DNA from: Phoronis australis
Taxonomy: Eukaryota; Animalia; Phoronida
DNA length: 64,000 nt
Assembly: GCA_002633005.1 (NCBI GenBank)
Contig: NMRA01000594.1
Span: 30,949-94,948, forward strand
Direction: 5' to 3'
Part shown: piece by piece, positions 23,616 through 37,299 of the stretch
How the letters are laid out: the number at the start of each line of letters is the position of its first letter
Position numbering within the stretch: the first letter of the stretch is position 1
Notes under the pieces: generated by a model
Told to the model about the DNA's origin: nothing
Seen by the model: only the letters and a program-made list of their open reading frames with translations
The model's database searches: none
Made by a program: the position numbers and the translations under genes

Positions 23616-26521
23616 TCCTCTTATTATGCCTATGCACAACATGTACAATATAAGGGTAAAATTGCAACGGTTCTCGTCATAGAGATTTCAGGTAATGGTT
23701 AACTCGAATATTGACATTAAGATAATATACATTCGCAGAATAAGACGACGGATATATCCAGTCATTTCAAACTGTTATTTACATTTCTTTCACATGTCAC
23801 ATAGTAGCAAATACATGTACATGTATATGCACCGATCCCCGGCCTCCATTCATACAGTTCTACAGTTCTGGGATCAATATCATGTCGTGAAACGAACCTG
23901 ACATTAATTCCCACCAACCTGTACTAAAGCAACTTATCATGAGCTCAGTGTTTGAATTTGTAAACATAGTGAAACACAAATCACATTTACCATCAAAGTA
24001 GAGGTTGTCCGATCCGAAAAATTCAACACGTTCAAGCTCTGCAGGTTATGTCCCAAAGCAGCATAATGCAAAGGCGTCGCTCCAAGCTACAAAAATAAAA
24101 AGTAGAGTACGTTACATCATAGCTTTAAGGGATACAAGCAATTAATTTGGTTACTTCTTGACTTTATACTGAACATATGAGTTATCCAGAACAAGAAATT
24201 TGTTTCTTGTAAGAATCAATCACAGCTTCGCTTAAGGACACCGTGAACTCTACAAGAGAAATTTGAAAGGTAAAATCATGTGAAATGCCAATTTCCAATA
24301 ATGGATCTTGGATGCCCCATTGAGACCAAGTTACATTTTAAACATAATGTTAACTCTTGGAAACAGCACGCTGGAACTATTTTCTGTAGGATTTGTATAG
24401 GGAGGCTGGCCCAGCAGGCTCATATCGTTACCACTCCTATGGCATATGGAGGAGAATTGCTAAATTTTAATTTGAAGCTAATTTGTCAATACTTTTCTGT
24501 CAACACATGGTTTTTGATAACTATTCATTGAGTTTTATTGAAATCCCATTCGGAAAATGGCAAAGTATTTTAAGAGTAGTTGAATGGTAAAGACATCGAC
24601 CTTGATTTCAACGACTGTCTGTCAGACAACGATTTGAATTGGTGATCTGTAATGAAATCACAAAAACACAAAAGATTTTGTTTTGTATCACAAGTGAAAG
24701 CTTATAACTTAAGCTTTAGCGTACACAACACATGAATAATCTGGTCGTAAACACTTGTGAAAAATTGGCCTTAAATTATTGATGAGTGTATCGATTTTAA
24801 GCATACTAGTAAGAAGGTTTCAAGAAACGATGTAGGTATGTCTAGGTTTCCAAATGTCAATGACTGGAAATGTACATGAACCTTATCGGGCACTAAGGGT
24901 CGAGGCTTACACTCATCTATTCTCGAAGGTTCATAATCCAAAATCTGTTCTAAAGCACGATTTCATAATTACAGCCAATGTCCTTTAACATATTTTGCAG
25001 CATGCCTTCAAATTTAGCCTATACTGTACATCAGGTATCGCTATGTAGCTTCCGCTGATTTAGTGCAGGTAAACTTTAAAGTAGTGGCAAGTGCAAAAGT
25101 ATAATCGTGTGACATTTTACTTGTTTTTTGTCATTTCTTGCTGTTTGTATTGTGCTCCCTACTCTTGAAATCTCAATTTAGGTTTGGTTCTCGCATACTA
25201 TGATGTCAAATCAGGTTCGTCAGTTCTGCGCCAGGACAGGGATAACGAGAACTAGGACGACTCGATGTACAAACTTGAGCGTGTTTAGATTTGCGACATT
25301 GTCCCATTTGTCACAAGAATGACAGGTTGCAGGTATTACCGTGCTAAGCTGCCAGCAGAAACCCCGTTAATGCAATGAATAATGACACTTGCTGAAGACC
25401 AGTTACTTGTAGTGACGCGTTTCTAGGATTTTTTAAACCCAGTATTTGGTTGCTAGTATGGTTTTACTGTTACATGTACGTTTCTGAGTTTAGCCAATTC
25501 TACCATATCAAAAATTATGGAAATACATGTAGCAAAAATCATTTAATCCGCTGTTCTAATCTCTTTCAGCAATGTTGACGCAGATGCCAAATGAGGCTTT
25601 GGATGTTGTCTATGCTTATTTTGGCGACATGGGCACCCCAAGGGATGACAAATTCATATAAGAAATTATGAAGTGGAGACATTGGTATAGGATTGCCGTG
25701 CGCCACTTCCAAGCACGACAGAAAACACTCTTACTACCAGTTTTACCCAGGGCTTCACACCGCCCTCGAGATTCTTCTCTCGTTTCTCGTTTCAACTTGT
25801 GCTGCATTGCGGATGTCTAGTTCCATAAAGATGATGCAAACTCTTCTGAAGCATACCGCCTGACGGTTGTCATCACCACTACTGTTACATATTCATAACG
25901 ACAAGGTACTGGTTTAAACAGAGTTGTGGATGCAGATTTTCACAACCCTAATTTTTGTGCAATGAATACATAAATATCACGATATTTAACAGATAGAATT
26001 GAGTCTTCAGCATTCGGACAACTTGTGTCACACGCAACTTATGCCGTATTTTATGTTATTTCATAGCCAAAACGTGAACAACAGTTACCCCGAAACTGTT
26101 AACAAAATCAAGCTACATGTATGTGTGCCCTCGCTAATAATTTATAAGCTCAATGCCGGAACGCTTTAAAATTAAAACATCGAAATACATTATCTGCAGA
26201 AGTTCAGAAGCAGGTCGATCAATATCATATGCATACTAATGAATTAGTGAATAGATAAAGTTGATGAAATAATAAAATCTAATAATTAAAAGCATTTCGA
26301 TGAATCCGAAATGGTTGCACGGTCAGTACTAACTCAAATATGGTCTAAAGAGGTCGGCATTGCTTACCCTAGGTAACGCCTCAAACATCTCTGACACTCC
26401 AAATCAACACCTTAACAAGGGTCGTTCTAAGCAGAATTCGTATACCCTCGTGAATCAAATACAATGCTATTTTCCGTCAATGCATGGAAGTTTTCAGAAA
26501 TACAGAATGCATTTGTAATTT

Positions 26522-26851
26522 CAGGGGCTGATCCAGGATTTTGAGTAAGGGGGGCCAGGGCACAGAAATGACCAGAATCATTTCGCCACATGCGCATACC
26601 TGGCTAAAATGTAGGGATGCAGTAGAGGGTTTGAACTTTTGGGTTTGTGGAACTTATTACTAAAAAACGGGAAACGGGGTTTGTTGAAGGCTATACATGG
26701 TGCATTCCACCCTCCGAGCAACCAAGGTGCGCGCATAGGCCAGTCAGCTATTCACACCCGAACTACAAAATGGAGTCTGTGAGAATTTTAGGAAGGTCAT
26801 GACCCCTTTGCCACCCCNNNNCCCCCCCCCCCTCCCCTAAATCCACCAATG
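26522..26851. mobile_element. MITE of the CAGGGGC(G/T)GATCCAGGATTTT family
   Basis: Starts CAGGGGCTGATCCAGGATTTT and ends CCCCTAAATCCACCAATG. Same terminal motifs as 3937-4070. Confidence 0.6.
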
Positions 26852-27072
26852 ACTCTTTTTGAATGTCTAGAAGTTGCAAACAACAACACTTTTCAGACCA
26901 TTTGGTATCATGTCATGAATTCAAATACAATGGCGTTTATTTGATTGTTAGTATGGTCGAATGTTCAACGCTAGCTTCCCATTGTGACTGAGGCATACAC
27001 TAATATCGTCTTAGTCATCAAATAACGAGGTTTAAGTTACAACTTAAAATAAAATGGCGTTCTAATACTTAC

Positions 27073-27175
27073 TTTGTCTGTTTCGTTAATTCTCATGTTT
27101 TCCTTCAGAAGACGCCTTACACATTCTACGTTCCCACCCAATGCTGCGTAATGAAGAGGAGTCGCCCTTAATCCC
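27073..27175 (-). pseudogene. Ankyrin-repeat exon with a +1 frameshift (103 nt)
   Basis: TGTAG|GLRATPLHYAALG / GNVECVRRLLKENMRINETDK|GTAAGT, with one extra G in a G run. Confidence 0.8.
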
Positions 27176-27685
27176 TACAAATATATACAGTGTAGCATAT
27201 CAAACAACTAAATGAACCTTCCAGACAAAAGGTTCGGACACCAAAAGATTCCCCACAGAATATTCGGTGACGGACTAAAAGTGTTGACATTACACTGTCA
27301 AACTCTGTTTTAATGACACTTCTGTTTAACATAGAAACGATGGACATGTAAGTACACTTGGCGTAAGTAGGATCCAACTGGACCTATTTAACATAATGTC
27401 TGAATTCTCGAATTAGAACAGCCGCACCGTAGAATTTTGCCCACGTTATGCGAAAATCTTTAGGCATATACAGCGTATGCAAATTTCATAAAAATGAAAC
27501 GATGTCATTTTATCCATTTGAAGTGGATATTCAGATCTATTAATTTGTAAGCCTACTTACGTCTCTCACGACGACGCGAGGCAAATAAGTGAGCAGCAGG
27601 TCGACAATCTCTGTGTTACCGCTCAAAGCAGCATAATGCAGGGGATAACGGCCAGCCTAAACATGACATGACAATTAAAATATTG

Positions 27686-30600
27686 CAGTGTACTTCATTT
27701 AAGCAATAACATACAGAATTAAGAAAATTATTATCAGTTAAATTTCAGCTATATTTAATAGGTTACCCAACCCCGTTTGGCCAATTACCGAACACTAACA
27801 ATGACTATTCCATCCAATTCCCAAAAACAAAACAGCGGGAGGTTATAGGGAACGACAATTCACTAAGAATGGTGTTACTCATTCGATGGCGCACTTGAAT
27901 CTTGCCGAGTCACTGCTGAGAGACTCTAATGATGCATAAGAAGGGGAGAGAACGAAGATGGGTTGAAATCACCAAAACTGGGTTTAACACTCTATTAATT
28001 TTCAACATGTGCAAGTTTGACCTTTATTTGCACCGTTTTTACTTAATGGCTTATTTCACCACACGAGTCACACGTACAGTGCACGTAGCATGAGTGGAAT
28101 GACAGTATATACATGTACATCTAAGTAGATGATTAGTCATTGTGGATGTACATTTGTTTAGACAACTTAGCTTAACAGGTCGTTAGGTCCGTTTTAACAT
28201 ATCAAATATTTTCAAATATTTTCCAATGTGAACTATTGTATGATGGAGAGGGATTCACAAAATCTAGAAACATTCGCAAAGTCTCTTCGAATTGTTTTGT
28301 GATATCTGTTTATGAGAAGTATTTTAAAGTGGTTTAGTCATAATTCTCCACTTTCAAGTGTAATGTATAAAAACAAACTATTTCCGGACGTGTATTTCAA
28401 AATATCCATGCCCGTTAAGCGTAGGAGTTCCAAAGTCAAAAAATGAACAATAAGTAAGGAAAATGACCCGCATGACTGTTTTTAAAATTAAAAAGAAAAT
28501 ATTAGCGGTCGCTGAATTATAAAAATTAATGCATTATAACAGAAAATAGCGAATAAGTTTTCTTTCTTCAGCATCGTAGCTAAGCCATGAGTATTAATTT
28601 GTGAATCAATTATTACAGGCTGGTCACGGCTAAGGCTCGCTTAGGCGTTGTATTAACAAAGCTACACAGGTTAGATTAGGAGTTGTCTCGTGATGCTGGG
28701 CAATTCCTGGTTCCTTTTCTCGCAGCGACTTCACAACATTTAGCTTACCTCTAAGTGCAACAAAATGCAATTTAGTGGCGCCATTCTGCATTGTGGACAA
28801 GTAAAATAGACAAAATGTAATGTAAATAGATTGACGTCATTGAAGAAATAAGATTCAGGATGGCAATTACAACGTTTGACAGGCACAGGTGACATGAACA
28901 AACAACGTTGCGTTGGCAAGAAGGTTTTAAACAAGCCTGGTAGGTGCCACACATTAAATACCAAAAAAAAAGATAACAACCCTATTTTTGATCCCTACAA
29001 CATCATTAACATCCTGGCAATACGATAACATCGGCACGTCTAAACCAGTTTACAAGACTCCAAACACTCCGACCTGTTAGCCTTTAGTAATCTGTCCTAC
29101 CCTTGTTTGTGGTGTTGGTTGCAAAGGTGGTCATGATTTGCAGTGTATTCCGAAGTTTGTAAGCACTTAGCTACAGACTGACATGTGCAGACAGGAGCTT
29201 AACGGTCATTAAGTCCGAAGACCAATAGACCACAAAGTCGCCCTGGTAGTCACGAGTTATCACCATGCTTTACAAGCAAAGCACGTGATTACACTAGCTT
29301 TTATCTTGAGTGCCTTTGGGATAGGGAACGCAGCCCAGCTTTTTNCAGTGTATTTCATTTAAGCAATAACATACAGAATTAAGAAAATTATTTTCAGTTA
29401 AATTTCAGCTATATTTAATAAGTTACCCAACCCCGTTTGGCCAATTACCGAACACTAACAATGACTATTCCATCCACCTCCCAAAAACAAAACAGCGGGA
29501 GGTTATAGGGAACGATAATTCACCAAGAACGGTGTTACTCATTCGATAGCGCACTTGAATTTTGCCGAGTAACTGCTGAGCGACTCTAATGATGAATAAG
29601 AATGGGGGAAAACGAAGATGGGTTGAAATCACTAAAACTGGGTTTAACACTCTATTAATTTTCAACACGTGCAAGTTTGACCTTTATTTGCACTGTTTTT
29701 ACTCAATGGCTTATTTCACCACAGGAGTCACACGTACAGTGCACGTAGCAAGAGTGGAACGACAGCATATACATGTACATCTAAGTAGATGATTAGTCTC
29801 TGTGGATGTACATTTGTTTAGACAACTTAGCTTAACAGGTCGTTAGGTCCGTTTTAACATATCAAATATTTTCCAATGTGAACTATTGTATGATGGGGAG
29901 GGATTCACAAAAACTAGAAACATTCGCAAAGTCTCTTCGAATTGTTTTGTGCAATCTGTTTATGAGAAGTATTTTAAAGAGGTTTAGTCATAATTCTCCA
30001 CTTTCAAGTGTAATGTATAAAAATAAACTATTTCCGGACGTGTATTTCAAAATAAGCGTAGGAGTTCCAAAGTCAAAAAATGAACAATAAGTAAGGAAAA
30101 TGACCCGCATGACTGTTTTTAAAATTAAAAAGAAAATATTAGCGGTCGCTGAATTATGAAAATTAATGCATTATAACAGAAAATAGCGAATAAGATTTCT
30201 TCAGCATCGTAGCTAAGCCATGAGTATTAATTTGTGAATCAATTATTACAGGCTGGTCACGGCTAAGGCTCGCTTAGGCGTTGTGTTAACAAAGCTACAC
30301 AGGTTAGATTAGGAGTTGTCTCGTGATGCTGGGCAATTCCTGGTTCCTTTTCTCGCAGCGACTTCACAACATTTAGCTTACCTCGAAGTGCAACAAAATG
30401 CAATTTAGTGGCGCCATTCTGCATTGTGGACAAGTAAAATAGACACAATGTAATGTAAATAGATTGACGTCATTGAAGAAATAAGATTCAGGATGGCAAT
30501 TACAACGTTTGACAGGCACAGGTGACATGAACAAACAACGTTGCGTTGGCAACAAGGTTTTAAACAAGCCTGGTAGGTGCCACACATTAAATACCAAAAA

Positions 30601-30976
30601 AAAGATAACAACCCTATTTTTGATCCCTACAACATCATTAACATCCTGGCAATACGATAACATCGGCACGTCTAAACCAGTTTACAAGACTCCAAACACT
30701 CCGACCTGTTAGCCTTTAGTAATCTGTCCTACCCTTGTTTGTGGTGTTGGTTGCAAAGGTGGTCATGATTTGCAGTGTATTCCGAAGTTTGTAAGCACTT
30801 AGCTACAGACTGACATGTGCAGACAGGAGCTTAACGGTCATTAAGTCCGAAGACCAATAGACCACAAAGTCGCCCTGGTAGTCACGAGTTATCACCATGC
30901 TTTACAAGCAAAGCACGTGATTACACTAGCTTTTATCTTGAGTGCCTTTGGGATAGGGAACGCAGCCCAGCTTTTT
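27686..30976. repeat. ~1.65 kb near-identical tandem duplication joined by a single N
   Basis: 27686-29344 versus 29346-30976 are colinear, with scattered SNPs and two short indels. N at 29345. Confidence 0.95.
30312..30418 (-). pseudogene. Degenerate ankyrin-repeat exon (second copy at ~28680-28786)
   Basis: ATGCAG|NGATKLHFVALRGKLNVVKSLREKEP..; no GT donor at the expected end. Confidence 0.7.
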
Positions 30977-32557
30977 TGGACCGGTTGTCGTTTTGGGAAT
31001 TTCCTTCTTATAGAAACCATTATTCACAATTTTGTAATAGGTTCAAGAGAACATACTGCACCATCTGTAATCGAGGTACACACCTATAACAGATGCAGTG
31101 AAATATCGTGATTTTTAAAACCATACATGTACCTGCCACGAAAGACTACAGGTTTTAAGTCCCCATCGGGACGTGTCACCCAAATCGTACATGAACTTTA
31201 TACAAGTATCTATGCTCTTCATGCACTGTTCATAATTTGTGCATTTTTATCCCAAGTCGCGTTACTTTTGGATTCTTACGCATTTCTTAGAATTATACAA
31301 TGATGTAATAATGAAATATAATTACCTGCAAACATGTCACAAGAATTGGGTATAGCTGCGTAATTCTTGGAGGATTGCTCAATCTTTAGAAGTTAGTGGT
31401 TCGAAAGGTAGCCGGAAATTGGCCACGTCAGTGCAAGTTCGCAAATTAGATTAAGCAAGAGTCTCTAGCCAAAATACGTCTAGTATGTGAACAGTTTAAG
31501 TTGTTAAACGTGTACAAGTAAAATACTTAATTGCGTCCTAAATCAGTTGCAATATTATAGATGTTTGAAGGTCACTACATCAAAGAATTCGAGGGACCAT
31601 AAAATTACTCAAGTTTTTACAACGTATAGCCGCCTGCTCAGGGTTCATGTTTTAGAGAAAATGTCCTGATTGGTCAATCGACAATGAGCCTCAAATCTAT
31701 TTGTCAATTCGGAGGACATAAGTGTTATAAATTTGTGTCTGCAGTTCGTGCATGCGCGGACTTGCATGCTTTAGCTTAGACTCTGTTTGTGTTTAATCAC
31801 AATAATAGTGTATAGAGCTACCCATTTTCTTGATTTCCCTACAAAAAGTAATATTCCGTTTTAACTCTGCTCAACAAAGCGTTTGGGAATCGAGGCATCA
31901 CTATAACCGTTCAGCGTTAACTTCGCAAAAACACACAGCTACATGTATTAGTAGTCTTGCTCTATGGATAATAAATCATGTGCAGCCTATAGTATTCAGT
32001 GTAAGAACCCCAGTGCTCAGACAGCTATATAGGTACAACGAAACAGTCGTTTAAAATACTAATGTCGCAACATCTTTGCCCTAGTTACGTGGAAACATAT
32101 GACTTGGCTTTTTTTAGTTTGCACCTTTGCGCCAGACTGGACACTCGACGTTAATGTTGATGATGACACTATCCTAGACTGTGACTAAGATTGGTTCAGA
32201 AAGGAGTCAAATAGCTCTCCACGGACGCATCAGTCAAGAGCCCCTCTCTCAATAAAAAGGTGTTAAGGCTTTATCTGCCATACTTATGGCATAGTCTCCT
32301 GACCTCGTGGCTGCGTAGTCCGGTTAAAACGTCACCAGAACGATAATAACACCACATGCCAATCTGAAGTCCGTGAGAAACGGACGCAATGCCGCTAATT
32401 CAAGTGAACAAATTCCAGTATTTAACTCTGTGGTACGACTGTGCTATAGTCACAACTTTGTTTCAACTGTAGCTGAATAAAAGCATTACCAAAACATTGG
32501 ATTTTAACAAGATTATTTTCATTTACTATTTATTGCGATTCGCGGACGTGCACTTAC

Positions 32558-32659
32558 TAAATCCTTGTCATTGACAGCATCTGGTCTCTTCTCTAAAAGC
32601 CACGTCACAATGTCTAGGTTACTGCCCAACGCAGCAAAATGCAAGGCACAGCGGCGATC
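32558..32659 (-). CDS. Ankyrin-repeat exon (102 nt, open)
   Basis: ATGTAG|DRRCALHFAALGSNLDIVTWLLEKRPDAVNDKDL|GTAAGT. Confidence 0.85.
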
Positions 32660-33044
32660 CTACATTGTGAAAAAAATAAAATGAAGATACGTAAATTGAA
32701 ATGCATTTGGCATGGCAATATCAAAGTTTGACAGGCACAGTCTGCTTAAAGCATATTAAATGAGCATGAAATTTAGCATTTTATAATGCCCATGAGTCGA
32801 ATGAAATAATAATTGTGCACAACGACAAGTGTGGTGTCTTCAACAAAGTTTTACAATGAGCATGCAACTTCAGTATTTCAGGCCGCTTCCGATCAAGGTT
32901 GAGAAGTACCACTCACGTACAACTGGCAATTAAAACTATACCCACAATGGCACTATTATGTGATTTTCCAAACGTTTTTAGCAACATACATGTACATATA
33001 GCAGGATATCCGAGACACGTCTTTGCCCTTAGCGTCCTACTTAC

Positions 33045-33146
33045 ACTATCACGAGCCGATACTGCAGATGGCATTTTCTCAAGCAACAAATTGACAACCT
33101 CCATGCTTCCTCCTAAACACGCATAGTGCAGAGGAGCTGCGTCGTC
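33045..33146 (-). pseudogene. Ankyrin-repeat exon (102 nt) lacking an acceptor AG at the expected position
   Basis: CCCCTTTT|DDAAPLHYACLGGSMEVVNLLLEKMPSAVSARDS|GTAAGT. Confidence 0.8.
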
Positions 33147-35494
33147 AAAAGGGGATGAATGCTAAAGCGAGATGAAAGAAACGTTTTAATTTTACTTGAC
33201 TGTAATAAAGTCAATCTTATAAGCCTTGAAAAAAATGTTCTTATTGCAGAAGTTGTATTGTTGTCTGACTTTGATGGAAGTTTGGAATTTGCAACGACAT
33301 TGTTAAACCACAGGCTGTAGTTGGTCCAAGGTTAAATTTGCACATGAATGCCTTGATAGAAAAATATTGAATATATTAAGATCCGCAGCATTATACTCTG
33401 CTTAGCTGGTTAAAAACGAAAATCGAATTAGAACTTTCATTCTCACAAAAGTCGGTATCATAATCTTCTGTGCCGTGAGCGTATTCTATTTCCTTTACCA
33501 ACGATAAAGACGAAACCAAACGCTACGTATCAGAGTTTACTGGGGTTGGTAAAACCCAAAATTCCGAATTCGAAAGTGGCAAATGAACAAATTGTCCGTT
33601 AATTCATCCAGGCTGTTTCAGGACCAACGTAAGATCGGATGAGCGTGGTAATTTTAAAAACCACAAAGTCCTTTGGTTAATTGCTAAACAGCAACGAAAT
33701 TCTCCTTGGTGTGTAACCATGCCACATATTGAAGGTGTGATGCAAATGCCTATTCCGTCCCTTCGTCAAAAGTTTTCAAACGCTTTACATGCTTTTACTA
33801 AGAAATCGGCAAGTGTTACTAATGGTTTGGAAGAAAATGACCAGTACAGGAGAAGAGCTGGACCACCTCGAACAACAAGATACAATTCGGTACAGTATCA
33901 GAACAGTTCTAAATATTATGTTTCGTTTGAATTAGTGATTGCACAATAAACAAGACTAGATGAGTTAGGGATAAGAAATCGTTAGCCATGAGTATTATAA
34001 GAAAGGTGCATATATTGGTACGTACATGAAACGGGAACGTCAACATTAGAAGACTTGAGAATTCTCGATGTCTCGATCTAACTACAGTACATTGAGTTTA
34101 CAAAACACGTCACTCTTTTGGCCACTAGTAAGTTCCCTCTGCTTAATGCACTGCTTAATAAAGACACACGCGATTCATTGTGTCCAACCAGTCCCAAATG
34201 GGAAAATTAACTTAAAGTAAGATTTTGTCTTGACATGACTTTTGCATATTATCAATACTTTATGTATCTTCAAACTTTTGTACAGAATTAAGTCAGTGAG
34301 GTTAATTTTTGTAATTGCCCATTGTCATTTACCATTATAAAATTGGCCTTGTTTTGATCCTTTGCCAGTTTAATAGTGATTTCTGAGCTCCGAAGCACTG
34401 AGAGTTCGTTATTTCTTTAAACAAAGCTCATAAATTCCAGGCTACGCATATTTGCGAGCGTAGACATTACGTGTATTTTACTAAGCAACAAATTGAGACT
34501 AATTTCACAACGGCGTGTTTTCGGCAGGAAGCACGGGTTTAATGTCGTTTTAAGTAATATTTTATTCAGACAGCCTACACATTCCCGGACATTGTGATTT
34601 GGGGAGATTTTTAAAATAGCATTCAAAAATTTGCCTTAAAATGGGCCGTATAAGAAATGAGAGATTGTTGACTGACTTGTTTTGTACGTAGTCCTGCTGC
34701 GTTCGAGGCAACTTATTTCGTATGAAACGTACCAATAAGAACGCTGGTTTTAAAATACCACACACCATGCTTTTACACAAGCGAGTGAGGAAATTTCAGT
34801 TCTGATTGTTAATGGCGTAGCCTAAAAAATACAACAGAAGGTGGTTGTGGGCAATAAGAAATTGTTGGAGATCGGGGGCACGCTGAAATGAGAGGCAACC
34901 GAGGGGACCTTTCCAAACAGAAGAGGTGCAAGTCGCAAATTATAACTCAACCGAGGAGGACATTTTGCAAGGACCAGGGGAGCCATGGCACAGGTGTGCA
35001 CCACATCCGCCCCCCCCTCGTGGTTACCCCAGTGCTGATTGAATTGTAGCTGACACAGTGGTTTTTATATTAGAGTGGACAGGCTTTAACTAAACCCCTG
35101 CAGCCTTTGAAATCTACAACAATTAGATTGGGTTTTGTAGCAAAAATCTAGCACTACCTGTTGTCGACATTTATTTGACGTTTTTACGCGCAGTCGCCAC
35201 GCATTGCAGGCAGAATTCACAACCAAAAGTGTTAAAGATTTATGTACATTTAGCCGTGGTTCAATCGAGATTTTGTAACGATACAAGTGTAAGCTGCAGT
35301 TTTGGGAGGTCAAAGCTTGTAGCAGTTCGTTTTAGCGGCATTCGAGTCTTGGCACTGAACATGTACATGTACTGGAAGTTACTCACCCAATTGTGTCAAC
35401 ACTAAACGCATAATTCAAAAACGTTGATTGTAATCAACGGGAAGTTACATAGAACGCAAGAGGTCGTAAAAAGTGGAAATCTAATTACACTTAC

Positions 35495-35584
35495 GAAGAA
35501 AAGTGTCCTTTTCTTCGGGAGGAGCTTTTTGACATTGTCGATGTCACCCTTAAAAGCAGCGTAATTCAGAGGTTGGTCACGTAA
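35495..35584 (-). CDS. Ankyrin-repeat exon (90 nt, shortened)
   Basis: ATTTCAG|LRDQPLNYAAFKGDIDNVKKLLPKKRTLFF|GTAAGT. Confidence 0.75.
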
Positions 35585-35682
35585 CTGAAATACAAAATGT
35601 GCAACAGAAACGATGGTTTTCAAGCCCTGCAAAATAATGGCCAAACGTCGCTCTAGTTCCTCTCTAAAACAGCATTCCAAAG

Positions 35683-35983
35683 CAGTGGCGGATCGAGAAT
35701 GCCATAAAGAGGGACCCAACGTTCGAAGAGGTTGTCTCGGAAAATTGGGCAAAGCGTGATTGTGTTCGCAGCAGAGGCCCGAAAGTTGCGGGGCCCAGTT
35801 TTTGTGACCCTTCTGTTCTGAAAACCTGCTGTTCGAAAAAAAAAACGGGAACGCCGCGATCTGGGTTTTGAACCCCCTTCCCCTTTTCCGTTTCTTACGC
35901 TGTTGCTGTTCCATTTTGCTTGTGCCATCCAAGAGGGGAGAGCCCCGGGTCCCCTGCCCCCCACCCCCCTAAGTCCGCCTATT
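35683..35983. mobile_element. GC-rich MITE of the CAGTGGCGGA...TCCGCC family with TSD
   Basis: Starts CAGTGGCGGATC and ends CCCCTAAGTCCGCCTATT. Flanking direct repeat CCAAAG (ATTCCAAAG if extended). Confidence 0.7.
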
Positions 35984-36761
35984 CCAAAGAACACGCAAGC
36001 TCTGCGAAAACATTACATACCATCCATTTCTTGCTTATAATGTAAAAGCAGGTTAATGAGATTGCTTTGAGTGTCTTAACACAGATTTTAATGTCAAACA
36101 CTTTGTTTACAGCAACGTACTCCATCCAATTTTTATGTTTGTAATTATTTTTCAAAATACATCGATATACTTTCTCAATTTATTAATAGAATAAAGATTG
36201 GTCAAACATTGTTTAATTTCTCCATGTTTCAGTCTGCGTAAATCACGATTGGAAATCCATTAGCAGTTATTCCCTGTACAGGGTAGTTAATTCGAGTACA
36301 TATATGTATACCAAAAGGCGAATCTTTTTCTAAATAGGTCAGAAAAAAATAAAAAAACAAATGTCAGAACTGACGCTACAGGTATCTTTTTGTACACGAC
36401 GTACCTTAAAGCAGTTAACGAATCCAGCATTCGTTGAAATGTCAATTTAAGTCAGCCGCTTTTATTGTCATTTTGGTTATATTAGGATTTTCTGGCTGTA
36501 TTATCTTAATTTCCATGGGATCTAATTTCTTACAATCTCTAATTAGTTATGGCATTCGTCACTCTGGAAGTGGCCCTTCTGACACGAAACAATCGCTGCC
36601 AACTTTCCACGAAGGCGACGATCTCCAGAGTGCTTAGTAATTTCTAAAATTGCAGCAATTAGTAGTTTTTGACGATCATTGCCGAATTCCTAAGCCCAAG
36701 CGAGAGGTCCAAAATTAACTACAATTGTTCGTAAATGTACAAACAAATGCAACAGAATTAC

Positions 36762-36944
36762 TATGGTTTCAGGTGAACTGCCTTCCGTGTGAGGTTGCAT
36801 CATTCCAGACAAAGACTCTGAACTGCCACTGGGCACCATCAGCTCTTCGTCGCTGCTAATCTGTTTTCCCTTATGAACGTAGTCTTTGGTGTCCCCTCCG
36901 CTGCTCTTTGGGTCGGGCTTTGTTTCTCCCTCAGCGTCAGACAT
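36762..36944 (-). CDS. Putative first coding exon of the ankyrin gene
   Basis: GCAATGTCT start; 61 hydrophilic codons (MSDAEGETKPDPKSSGG...SSPETI) followed by a GTAATT donor. It lies upstream of, and on the same strand as, the ankyrin exons. Confidence 0.5.
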
Positions 36945-37299
36945 TGCCTAAGTCCCAAAATAGTCTCCTAGTTTCCTAGAATCAATCAGAAATATGTATT
37001 ACCACAACATGGTCGACAGAATTGAAATACAGGACTACATGTATTAACAAACAGCGAGAAGCCTGCCAGTTGTGGATTGATCTTATCATTTATTGTTGGC
37101 AACTTATAAATGAATAATCCCGCAGTAGGAACATCCAATGTACTGAGACTTGTTGAATTACGCCAATGACTCAGTTAACGTTCGCTATTTACGAATACAC
37201 CTAAACAACGGCTGACATTCACACATGCATGATGTAAATAATTTGACTAAAAACTGTTTACATTACAATGGATGAATGAAGCAAGGTAAGATTTGAACA

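Larger units (their letters stand above)
13279..36944 (-). pseudogene. Multi-exon ankyrin-repeat gene (one locus or adjacent paralogs), partly decayed
   Basis: A series of minus-strand exons of about 90-103 nt, most with AG/GT boundaries, each encoding one ankyrin repeat (listed separately). Putative ATG exon at 36762-36944. Several exons carry frameshifts or stops, or lack a splice site. Confidence 0.75.

Noticed and set aside
17740-26430. Additional possible ankyrin-gene exons (~17740, 18300, 22797-22861, 23200, 25300, 26370)
   Set aside because: Some have splice-like ends, but the translations are too degenerate to call individually.
35402-35994. 176-aa and 113-aa ORFs as genes
   Set aside because: They are read-throughs of a GC-rich MITE and intron; only 35495-35584 looks coding.
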